DNA from: Candidatus Micrarchaeota archaeon
Lineage (GTDB): Archaea; Micrarchaeota; Micrarchaeia; Norongarragalinales; SBBD01
NCBI GenBank assembly: GCA_038046605.1
Contig: JBBSVW010000036.1
Coordinates: 1 to 17,047 of the forward strand
Direction of reading: 5' to 3'
Length of the DNA stretch: 17,047 bases
Each line of letters starts with the position of its first letter. Within the stretch, counting starts at the first letter, position 1. Shown piece by piece: positions 1 to 7,322 of the stretch. Below the pieces are notes generated by a model. The model was not told the DNA's origin. It worked only from the letters and a program-made list of their open reading frames with translations, and did not search any database. The position numbers and the translations under genes were made by a program.

Positions 1-114
1 CTTTTCCCCAAGCAACCCGAAAACCGACTCGTAAAGCAGGTGCTTTGCCTCCTCTTCGGTGAATTTTTTGGCACAGATGATTTGAAACTGCAAATACCTC
101 CTCTTATCCCTCAT
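1..114 (-). CDS. rnp2: Ribonuclease P protein component 2 (Pop5/Rpp14 family), N-terminal part; runs off the window edge
   Basis: Not in the ORF track. Manual translation from ATG at 114 gives MRDKRRYLQFQIICAKKFTEEEAKHLLYESVFGLLGEK, matching the Pop5 N-terminal R-x-K-R-R-Y-(hydrophobic)-x-F motif and the downstream L-x-G-E motif. Starts 13 bp after the ftsY stop. Confidence 0.8.
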   Translation of the reverse strand, partial: MRDKRRYLQFQIICAKKFTEEEAKHLLYESVFGLLGEK

Positions 115-127
115 AAAGATGCACGTG

Positions 128-1702
128 TCATTCCGCCATGATGTTCTTTATAATCCAGCTTTCGTTGAATTCCAGAAGGTCGGTGTATTCCTGCCCGGTC
201 CCGACAAAATAAACCGGCAGCTTGCATTCGTATGCAATGCTTAGGCTCCCTCCTCCTTTTGCATCGCAATCGAGCTTTGTTAATATGATGCCATCGACAC
301 CCAGTTTTTCGTTGAAAACCTTTACCTGGTTCACGAGCGAAGAGCCGGCAATTGCCTCTGCTATGAATATTTTCATGTTTGGTTTTACAACCCGGACTAT
401 TTTTTGCATTTCCGTTAGAAGGTTCAGGTTCGTATCCTGCCTTCCGGCGGTATCGATCAATACAACATCCAGCTTGTGCGCTTTCGCATGCGCAATTGCA
501 TCGTATGCAACAGCAGCCGGATCCGCGCCATACTTGTGCTTGACAACTTTTATTCCCAGTTTTTCCCCATGGTGCGATGCCTGTTCAATTGCAGCTGCCC
601 TGAAGGTGTCGCTTGCGGAAATTACGGAAGTGCAGCCGCGCTCCTTCAAATTGTAAGCAACTTTGGCAATGGTAGTTGTTTTGCCCATCCCATTTGGGCC
701 AAGGAAGAGCACAATGAATGGAATTTCCCCCTTCTTTTTCGCATTTTCCACCTTTTCGAAGAAATCGCTCTTGGAGCTTTGCAATATTGACGCGAGCGCA
801 AATGCAATTTCCCGTCTTACTTCCTCTTGAATTTTGCCGGCCTTCACACGCTTGCCAATTAGCCTTCTCTTCAAATCCGCAATCATTGCCTGCGCTGTCA
901 AGTAGGAAACATCACTCTCAAGAAGTGCCATTTCGAACTGATCGAATAGCTCCTTGGTTTCGCCCTCTCCGATTTGCACATCCGCCCCAAAGAGGCTTTT
1001 TATTTGCGAGAATATTCCCACCTTCGTCTTCAAATCGCGCTCCTTTCCACTTGCCAGGAAATCCTCCTTCCTAGCGGTAAAAACCTCCTTTGCAATTTCC
1101 TCTTTTTTCTTCTCCTCCACTATTTTCCTTTCAGCAACTATTGCCTGCTGCCTCACCCGTTCTTCAATGGTTTCGCCGACCAATTCCTCTATTTCCTTTT
1201 CTTCTTCGAGCTCCTTATGCATTTCCTCCCGAATTACCTCCTTAATCATTGCTTTCTCTTCAATTTTCCTTCCTTCGTTCACAATTTGGTTTGGTGTGTG
1301 CGGTTTTACTTTCGCTACTTCCTCGATTAGTTTCTTCTCCTTCCTTTCATCCACCGGCTCAATGTGGGCGATTTTGGGTTCTACCACATGAAGCTCAAGA
1401 GGCTTAGGCTCGATTTTTGGCTCCTCGAAATGCTTTGGTTCAGGCACATGTATTGGTTCAATTTTCTCCTGCTCTTTCTCCTCAGCTATTAGTTCCTTTT
1501 CCATGACCGGGGTAATTATTTCCTTATCCGGAGCAATTTCTGGAATCGAGGCAATTTGTTCCTCAACTTTGAATGGCTTCGCTTTCAACTCCTCAATTTT
1601 CGCTTCGGCCTTCCCCTCAGCTGCCTGCTCTGCAACCTTCTCTTCCTTCCTGGTTATCACTCCCACGAAATCATTTATCTTCTTTTTCAGGAAATCAAAC
1701 AT
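128..1702 (-). CDS. ftsY: Signal recognition particle receptor FtsY with a long acidic N-terminal region
   Basis: SRP GTPase motifs GPNGMGKTTTIAK, DTFRAAA, DTAGR and TKLD. MFDFLKKKI at ATG 1702 is the typical FtsY amphipathic start (the ORF track starts at GTG 1711). Follows pfdA, as is usual in archaea. Confidence 0.97.
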   Translation of the reverse strand: MFDFLKKKINDFVGVITRKEEKVAEQAAEGKAEAKIEELKAKPFKVEEQIASIPEIAPDKEIITPVMEKELIAEEKEQEKIEPIHVPEPKHFEEPKIEPKPLELHVVEPKIAHIEPVDERKEKKLIEEVAKVKPHTPNQIVNEGRKIEEKAMIKEVIREEMHKELEEEKEIEELVGETIEERVRQQAIVAERKIVEEKKKEEIAKEVFTARKEDFLASGKERDLKTKVGIFSQIKSLFGADVQIGEGETKELFDQFEMALLESDVSYLTAQAMIADLKRRLIGKRVKAGKIQEEVRREIAFALASILQSSKSDFFEKVENAKKKGEIPFIVLFLGPNGMGKTTTIAKVAYNLKERGCTSVISASDTFRAAAIEQASHHGEKLGIKVVKHKYGADPAAVAYDAIAHAKAHKLDVVLIDTAGRQDTNLNLLTEMQKIVRVVKPNMKIFIAEAIAGSSLVNQVKVFNEKLGVDGIILTKLDCDAKGGGSLSIAYECKLPVYFVGTGQEYTDLLEFNESWIIKNIMAE

Positions 1703-1785
1703 ATGGCTCACTGCGCCTAAAACAACGATAAAATTACGACTATTGCTATTAGAAACTTAACTAATCGGGCGGCTTGGCAATATCC

Positions 1786-2184
1786 CTACTGGAACTCCTC
1801 GGCTTTTTTCTCTATATCCATCAGGCGCGCATTAAGCTTGTCGATGTTCCTCTTCATCACTTCCGTTGCCTTTTCAACCTGCTCTTTGCGCTTCCTTAAT
1901 ATCTCCTTTGCCTCATGCGGCTCTTTTTCAATTAGCACATTCGCGCCTGCATCAATAAGTATTTTGTCGCCTTCCTGGGGTTTGGCCTTCACAAACGCAT
2001 CCGAGCCGATCTGGAAATAGGTTTCCTGCCTAAGCCCCTTCAAACCATCGATAGTTTTGGTGGTCGCATCGATATTGTTCATCACAATTATTGCCTGCTG
2101 CAGCTGCCTTTGCATTTCGGAAAGCTGCTGCTGCAAATACTGCGCCTCATATGCGAGCTTTTGGATCTCCTCGTCGTTGCCCAT
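1786..2184 (-). CDS. pfdA: Prefoldin subunit alpha
   Basis: Coiled-coil / beta-hairpins (FQIGSDAFVKAK...KILIDAGANVLIEK) / coiled-coil layout, 132 aa, directly upstream of ftsY. Confidence 0.93.
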   Translation of the reverse strand: MGNDEEIQKLAYEAQYLQQQLSEMQRQLQQAIIVMNNIDATTKTIDGLKGLRQETYFQIGSDAFVKAKPQEGDKILIDAGANVLIEKEPHEAKEILRKRKEQVEKATEVMKRNIDKLNARLMDIEKKAEEFQ

Positions 2185-2211
2185 GAATAATCAGCGGATA
2201 ATTTGGGGAAT

Positions 2212-2230
2212 AATGGTTATTAAATCTGAC
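2212..2230. promoter_or_regulatory. Putative overlapping divergent TATA boxes for pfdA (-) and the HEAT-repeat gene (+)
   Basis: ggttattaaatc reads TTATTAAA on + and TTTAATAA on -. Each lies about 30-35 bp upstream of its ATG (2255 and 2184). Confidence 0.45.
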
Positions 2231-2254
2231 TAAATGAATACGTATGGTGGTACT

Positions 2255-2908
2255 ATGGCGCCCCGAGAAAGGATGACTAATTCACAAGTGATATCAAAAC
2301 TTGCAGAATTTACGTCTGGTCATGTGGAGCCGCTTAGGAGGAAGGTTAGGGCAAATCCCGGCGAGTATGTCGGGGAAATAAGGCAAATCGCGGAAAATGG
2401 TTCGGAATCGCAAAAGATCAACCTGATAAAACGGCTTGCAGGCATCAGCCATCCCAAATTGAACGATGTATTCATTGATTTGCTTGAATCAAGATCCCCT
2501 AGGGTCAAGGCTGCAGCAATTCTTGCATCGGGGTTAAGCAAGGATCCCAAGGCTTTCCCCATGCTGGGCCATATTATCCTGACCCATCCGCTAACTTCAA
2601 GGGAAATTGCCAAAGATGTGGTGGAATCTATTGGCAAAGTCGGGCATCCTGTTCTAACCGATGTCCTTTCGGATGGCAATAATGAAACTGCCCATTGGGC
2701 GCTTGATATCCTGGAAAAGAGGCGGGCGCATGCTGACTTTATTGCTAGCGGCCTTGATAATGAAGATTCCGAAATCCGCGAGCGCGCAGCTCAAATCCTG
2801 GCGAGAAGAAAATCCTCAGATGTTGTGCCCCATCTGAAAAGGGCATCCTTGGATCCAACACTTAGATCAATTGCTTACCGCCGGCTTTATGGCAGACAGA
2901 AAGGATAG
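2255..2908 (+). CDS. HEAT/PBS-lyase-like repeat protein
   Basis: Repeated HEAT-like units (LLESRSPRVKAAAILASG, VVESIGKVG, GLDNEDSEIRERAAQILA, VVPHLKRASLDP). ATG 2255 is preceded by a GGTGG ribosome-binding site; ATG 2234 is an alternative start. Confidence 0.75.
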   Translation: MAPRERMTNSQVISKLAEFTSGHVEPLRRKVRANPGEYVGEIRQIAENGSESQKINLIKRLAGISHPKLNDVFIDLLESRSPRVKAAAILASGLSKDPKAFPMLGHIILTHPLTSREIAKDVVESIGKVGHPVLTDVLSDGNNETAHWALDILEKRRAHADFIASGLDNEDSEIRERAAQILARRKSSDVVPHLKRASLDPTLRSIAYRRLYGRQKG

Positions 2909-2956
2909 GCATTTGTTGCATTAATTAAAAATATTTCAAACAGTCTTGGTGATTCA

Positions 2957-3859
2957 ATGGAAATAAAAGAACGGCCAATTCATAGAGCCCTGAGCATATT
3001 GGAAAAGCATGGCCTTGATGTTGCTCGACTTGTTCCCCATAAGGGCGAGACCTTAAGCACTATTACTGTAGGTCCGGGTAAAACAAGCGCCGAAATACTC
3101 CTGCCATCCAAAGGAGCGAAGTTGTACCGATTCGATTCTGGCGCGATTTCCCTCCAGGATGTGGAAAGGCTCCAAAAGTCCTTTGGGCGTATGGAACTCC
3201 GGGTCGATTACAGTGCTACGGGGCCAGTCATCTCCGGAAAAGTTGCTGATGAGCTTGCGAGATTGAAAGATAGAATGGATTACGTTAGTGAAAAAGAATT
3301 TGTGGGGCCCATCGGAAAAAGGATTGGGAGGGCAATCATAAACCGGTTGCCGAAGCAATCATCGAAGGGCGCAAAAGAAGGTGACCGAAAAATTGATTTC
3401 CTTGCACAAGTGGAAAAAAGCCATAATTTTTCAACAAGGAACGCATTTGCGGATTTTATCCATTCATTAAGGCATGTGGCAGATGCAGACCATAAGGGGT
3501 TTGTTGATGGCAGCATAGCCGGTGAAATCAAGGGGCGGGGCTTGATTGGGAGCCCTGCAAATCTTGCCCGCATACAGGCATATGTCAATCCGGATTCAAT
3601 ACATATTTTTTATGAGGATCCAAGGGTCCATGGAAAGGAGATTGGAGTTCGGATTGCACGTAATGGTATTGACCACTATGGCGAATTCGTTGTGCCAAAA
3701 ACCCTGAGTGAGAGGCGGGCGGTTGCGGCATTCAGGAGAGTAGTCACTCCCGCGTTGCAGGAAAAATTATACGCAGCAATAGGTGGGAAGGGTAGGCCAA
3801 TACCAAAAGTGACACCAAGAGCAACTCTTGAAAAATCAATCGTTACCCGAATGGACTAG
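2957..3859 (+). CDS. Hypothetical basic protein, 300 aa
   Basis: Long open frame with GGTGA ribosome-binding site and an AT-rich promoter-like spacer; converges on eif6. No motif recognised. Confidence 0.7.
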   Translation: MEIKERPIHRALSILEKHGLDVARLVPHKGETLSTITVGPGKTSAEILLPSKGAKLYRFDSGAISLQDVERLQKSFGRMELRVDYSATGPVISGKVADELARLKDRMDYVSEKEFVGPIGKRIGRAIINRLPKQSSKGAKEGDRKIDFLAQVEKSHNFSTRNAFADFIHSLRHVADADHKGFVDGSIAGEIKGRGLIGSPANLARIQAYVNPDSIHIFYEDPRVHGKEIGVRIARNGIDHYGEFVVPKTLSERRAVAAFRRVVTPALQEKLYAAIGGKGRPIPKVTPRATLEKSIVTRMD

Positions 3860-3874
3860 GGCAGTATACTGATC

Positions 3875-4534
3875 CTATCCAAAAAGCCCTTCGTAGACTT
3901 TAGCCATCTCGGCTCCGGAAGTGCCATCCCCAACCAATGCGCCGTGGGAATTTGCAACGACTCCATAAGAATTAGCCGGAGATCCCAAATTGACCGTAGT
4001 TTTTGATCCGCGTACTTGGAAAATCTTCTCAAACATCTTAAGCTCAACATCCGTCAATTCGTGGAATGCCAAAAGTCCCTTGTTCGTCACCACATTTCCG
4101 GACCCTACTGTGTTCAGATTTGCAACTTGCTGTGCGAATACTTCCACTCCAAGGCAATCCCCGATTTTTTTATGCTCGGATCTGGGGATATTGTGGTTCA
4201 AAAGAGCCGCCTTGTCATTGCATAGGATGTTGTTACCGGGAGCAAATTGCTCTGTCAGAAAATAGATGTTAAGCCCAAGCTCCTTGAGCGGCTTGATTTC
4301 GTGTTTTTCCGTTAGTGCAGAAACAATGACCCCATTTGAATTAAGCGCCGAAAAAATCCCAAGAACCGGCGATTGGCAAAGGAAAATAGGGACAATTTCG
4401 GCCTGGAGCGCTTCCTTAACCTGCGGAACCATTTTCTCATGGATGTTTTTTGGCACCAGCGCAAATTTGTCATTGGCCCTGATGAATAATCCCACGTGGG
4501 CGTTCTTGTAGAATGAGGTTTTCAGTATTGGCAT
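3875..4534 (-). CDS. eif6: Translation initiation factor 6 (aIF6)
   Basis: Pentein repeats HVGLFIRAND, GIFSALNSNG, GNNILCNDKAAL, VGSGNVVTNKG and GVVANSHGALVG; follows rpl31e. Confidence 0.96.
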   Translation of the reverse strand: MPILKTSFYKNAHVGLFIRANDKFALVPKNIHEKMVPQVKEALQAEIVPIFLCQSPVLGIFSALNSNGVIVSALTEKHEIKPLKELGLNIYFLTEQFAPGNNILCNDKAALLNHNIPRSEHKKIGDCLGVEVFAQQVANLNTVGSGNVVTNKGLLAFHELTDVELKMFEKIFQVRGSKTTVNLGSPANSYGVVANSHGALVGDGTSGAEMAKVYEGLFG

Positions 4535-4552
4535 TTGCGTAAACCTTTAATT

Positions 4553-5092
4553 TCAGGCAGCTAGTTCGCCAAGGACAATGCCCTCCTTATCCTTTGTTGC
4601 CTTAACCTTCACTTTCTTCATGGGCCGACCGCTTCCGCGCGCCCTGATCAGGTTATTTAGCTCAAGGGCGATTTTAACCTTTTCCTCATCAGTTTTCATG
4701 TGCCTTGCAAGGAACCATCTAAGCAGTTTGATTGCACGGTTTCCACGAAGCATTTGCGGTTTTGCGTACGCTTCAACTAATGGCACGCTGTAAATTCTTT
4801 CCAGGATGATTTCGCGCTTTTTTACTTCGGGCCTATCCTCGTCCTTCTTTGTTTCCTCCTTCTTTGCCTCTCCTTTCTTTTCGGATGGTTTGGAATCAGC
4901 CTTTGAATCCTTCGCTTTTGATGCAGCCTTCAAATCCTTCTTTTCATCCGTTGATTTTATTGGTTGCTTTGGCTCCTCCTTTACGATTGCGGCTTCCTCC
5001 TTGGCTATGGCTGCTACTTCCTTTGCCTCCTCCGCCTTTTTTTCCTGCAAGGCGACAAATTTTGCCTCTTTTGCGCTATGCTCTTCCGCCAT
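4553..5092 (-). CDS. rpl31e: 50S ribosomal protein L31e with an ~90-aa K/E/A-rich N-terminal extension
   Basis: C-terminal half ERIYSVPL...RAIKLLRWFLARHMK...VKIALELNNLIRARG...KVKVK is the L31e core. Lies between rpl39e and eif6; AGGAG site before ATG 5092. Confidence 0.92.
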   Translation of the reverse strand: MAEEHSAKEAKFVALQEKKAEEAKEVAAIAKEEAAIVKEEPKQPIKSTDEKKDLKAASKAKDSKADSKPSEKKGEAKKEETKKDEDRPEVKKREIILERIYSVPLVEAYAKPQMLRGNRAIKLLRWFLARHMKTDEEKVKIALELNNLIRARGSGRPMKKVKVKATKDKEGIVLGELAA

Positions 5093-5258
5093 ATGGCCTC
5101 TCCTTCATTTTAAGTTTTTTAGTGCGCCAGTTGCGCGAAAACCGATTGAATGTAAGTTTTCTGTTTGTTTTGGCGATTGCAAAAACCGGTATGCGCCTAT
5201 TTTGCTTTCCCGCCTTTACAAGCTTTTTTTTCCTTTTTTCGCTCTTGTTCCTTGACAT
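5076..5258 (-). CDS. rpl39e: 50S ribosomal protein L39e
   Basis: MSRNKS..RKKKL.KAGKQNRRIPVF..AKT....RNWRTKKLK is the L39e signature. A tail of about 9 aa overlaps the rpl31e start by 17 nt. Confidence 0.95.
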   Translation of the reverse strand: MSRNKSEKRKKKLVKAGKQNRRIPVFAIAKTNRKLTFNRFSRNWRTKKLKMKERPYGGRA

Positions 5259-5261
5259 AAT

Positions 5262-5852
5262 TTACTGCGCCTCGAAATCCTCCGGTTGCACCTGGAAATC
5301 AGCATCGGAGCCAATCTTGCCCGTAAGTTTCAAGACTTCCCTAGTGATTAGCCAGATGATGAGTGTGATTGCCTTCCTTCCCTTGTTGTTTGTTGGGACA
5401 ACAAGATCCACGAACTTTGTCATGTTGTTAGTATCGCAAAGCGAAATGACCGGGATATTGATGTCCTGCGCCTCCTTTACCGCCTGCTTATCGGCGTTGG
5501 GGTCAATTGTAAGGATGATTGATGGCTCAACGAAATCCGTCCTTCTGGGGTTGGTGAACCTGCCAGGTGTGAATCTTCCAATCAGTGGCTGGAAGCCAGT
5601 GAGTTCTGCCATTTTTGCAAGCGGCATCTTGGCATTCTCCTTGTTGCTTACAAGAAAGATTTTTGTATCCGGGTATTTGGCAAGAAGCTTGGCGGCGGCC
5701 CGGATTCTCCCATCCATCTTCTTTAGGTCAAGCACGTGAAGGCCATCCTCACGCACCTTGTAGATGTACTCCCGCATGCCTCCTGACTTATTCCTTGTGC
5801 CGATGTGGACGCCAGCGCCAAGGTACTTTTCTTGTGGAACCAAAAGATCCAT
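5262..5852 (-). CDS. rps2: 30S ribosomal protein S2
   Basis: YLGAGVHIGT, GRFTPGRFTNP, DKQAVKEA, IPVISLCDTNN and PTNNKGRK motifs of archaeal S2; GGAGTGA ribosome-binding site. Confidence 0.98.
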   Translation of the reverse strand: MDLLVPQEKYLGAGVHIGTRNKSGGMREYIYKVREDGLHVLDLKKMDGRIRAAAKLLAKYPDTKIFLVSNKENAKMPLAKMAELTGFQPLIGRFTPGRFTNPRRTDFVEPSIILTIDPNADKQAVKEAQDINIPVISLCDTNNMTKFVDLVVPTNNKGRKAITLIIWLITREVLKLTGKIGSDADFQVQPEDFEAQ

Positions 5853-5874
5853 AATATCACTCCTAAAATAACAT

Positions 5875-6003
5875 GCTTATTTGCCAAACGACCTAGTTTG
5901 AATGTTCGTGCCCAATCGCTTATTACTCTGCCAACCCGATTTTTTTACAAACCTAAATCTAATGCTTAAATCCTCAGTGAATTAGCCCTTAAGAGCAATA
6001 AGC
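5875..6003 (-). ncRNA. Putative structured 5' leader of the rps2 operon
   Basis: On the minus strand, GCUUAUUGCUCU (6003-5992) pairs with AGAGUAAUAAGC (5929-5918): 12 bp with one G.U. The stem continues with GCUAAUUC/GGGUUGGC and GAUUU/AAAUC. It lies downstream of a TTTTAAA box at about 6035-6041. Confidence 0.45.
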
Positions 6004-6029
6004 TAACAAGAGGAAATAGTTAACCATAA

Positions 6030-6048
6030 TCAGGTTTAAAATCCTTAC
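6030..6048 (-). promoter_or_regulatory. Putative BRE-TATA promoter of the rps2 operon
   Basis: Minus strand reads gtAAGGA-TTTTAAA-cc, a purine-rich BRE plus TATA box; implied transcription start near 6010. Confidence 0.45.
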
Positions 6049-6189
6049 ACAAATATAGATAATTAGGTTTATAAGGGGAGGGAACGGAGAGGGCAATTAC
6101 ATGTTGGCTACCCATGGGTATTATAGGGAGAACGCGGAAATTAACGCAGGATAAACTCAGAAATTGAAGGATAAATCCAGGTATTGATT

Positions 6190-6687
6190 ATGGCGCAGGG
6201 GCAAAATACGGAAATAACCAAAAAGAACACCATCCTAGCCGCGCTTTTCCTGGCAAACAGGCCCGTTTCCATGGATGAGCTTGGTTTAACGCTAAAGCTC
6301 AAGGCGGATGATGCGGAGGGGTTCATTGCAGAGCTTGCGGATGATCTTAAGGCTGCGAGTTCCCCTTTCAAAGTGAGTGTTTTTGAGGATCCAAACAAGC
6401 TTGCGGGTTCGCAGGTGAAATTGGAGCTTGAGGATCACTATTTAGCCGCCGTCTCCCACCTCTCAAAGGAAATAGAATTCTCCAAAAAAGCGCAGAAAAT
6501 ACTTGCACTCATCGCAAAAAAGAAGGAACTAATGCAATCCGAGCTGAAATACTATTTCAAGGGCGACATCTACGAGGCGGTTGATGAACTTGTCAAGCTC
6601 AAATACCTGACGATGGAAAAGCACAAAAATACGTGGAAGCTCAAGCCAACAAAACTGTTTTTCGATAGGTTCAAGATGGTGGAGTAA
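6190..6687 (+). CDS. scpB: SMC-Scp complex subunit ScpB (tandem winged helix)
   Basis: ILAALFLANRPVSMDEL N-terminus, FSKKAQKILALIA..K...QSEL, YEAVDELVKLKYL and KPTKLFFDRF match the ScpB pattern (EAALF...P / LS..A..TLA.IA / T..F...F). Possible promoter AGGTTTATAA at about 6065-6074. Confidence 0.85.
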   Translation: MAQGQNTEITKKNTILAALFLANRPVSMDELGLTLKLKADDAEGFIAELADDLKAASSPFKVSVFEDPNKLAGSQVKLELEDHYLAAVSHLSKEIEFSKKAQKILALIAKKKELMQSELKYYFKGDIYEAVDELVKLKYLTMEKHKNTWKLKPTKLFFDRFKMVE

Positions 6688-6798
6688 CTTATTTTTCATG
6701 CTTCAATCTGGGGTTCAATTCTTCGAAGCCTCCTTATTCTCAACATAGCCTATTTATACCAAGAAAGCAACAATCATGTTACGCAAAGGTGTATGTGG

Positions 6799-7011
6799 AT
6801 GAAATACCGAGTGATAATCGAAAAGGATGAGGATGGGATGTTCGTTGCGACCTGCACGACACTTCCTGGATGCATATCCCAGGGTAAAACCAGGAAGGAG
6901 GCCGTGGATAATGCGCGTGATGCAATCGAAGGCTACCTTCAAAGCCTAAGGAAACACAACGAGCCTGTGCCGCCCTCGATAATGGAGGAGGTCGTTGAAG
7001 TAAATGCCTAA
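6799..7011 (+). CDS. hicB: HicB-family antitoxin (short form, no DNA-binding domain)
   Basis: MKYRVIIEKDEDGMFVATC..LPGCISQGKTRKEA..N.RDAI..YL is the HicB/UPF0150 signature. AAGGTG site favours ATG 6799; ATG 6793 is an alternative. Confidence 0.93.
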   Translation: MKYRVIIEKDEDGMFVATCTTLPGCISQGKTRKEAVDNARDAIEGYLQSLRKHNEPVPPSIMEEVVEVNA

Positions 7012-7228
7012 ATTACCCATCATTTCTGGTGCGGATGCAATCAAGGCTCTTGCGAAGCTTGGCTACTTGCTTGATCATCAGACGGGAAGTCATCTAATTC
7101 TTAGAAATGCAAATCCGCCTTTCAGAAGGCTTACGGTACCTAACCACAAGGAGCTGGCTAAAGGAACGTTGCGGGCTCTAATAAGGGAAAGCGGGCTTAC
7201 GGTTGAGGAATTTGCCGGATTGCTTTGA
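7004..7228 (+). CDS. hicA: HicA-family mRNA interferase toxin
   Basis: MPKLPIISG...KALAKLGY...QTGSH...TVPNHKELAKGTLRALIRESGL with the catalytic GSH motif; overlaps the hicB stop. Confidence 0.95.
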   Translation: MPKLPIISGADAIKALAKLGYLLDHQTGSHLILRNANPPFRRLTVPNHKELAKGTLRALIRESGLTVEEFAGLL

Positions 7229-7322
7229 TTTGCCGAATTGTACGGCGTTTAGGATGTGTTTGAATTAGGCAATTGACGCTAATTAGTTTTTACCTAGTTT
7301 ATGGGGTGGTAAAAATCAGTGC

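Noticed and set aside
222-1760. Several plus-strand ORFs (222-656, 476-790, 718-1074, 954-1391, 974-1330, 1503-1760)
   Set aside because: Antisense shadows of ftsY; the Ser/Phe-rich translations mirror its Glu/Lys codons.
4806-5854. Long plus-strand ORFs (4849-5739, 4806-5255, 5615-5854)
   Set aside because: Antisense to rps2, rpl39e and rpl31e, with no recognisable motifs.
5878-5979. Short basic open frame on minus (…RFRFVKKSGWQSNKRLGTNIQTRSFGK*) as a tiny ribosomal protein or leader peptide
   Set aside because: No convincing start codon after the upstream in-frame stop and no resemblance to a known small r-protein.
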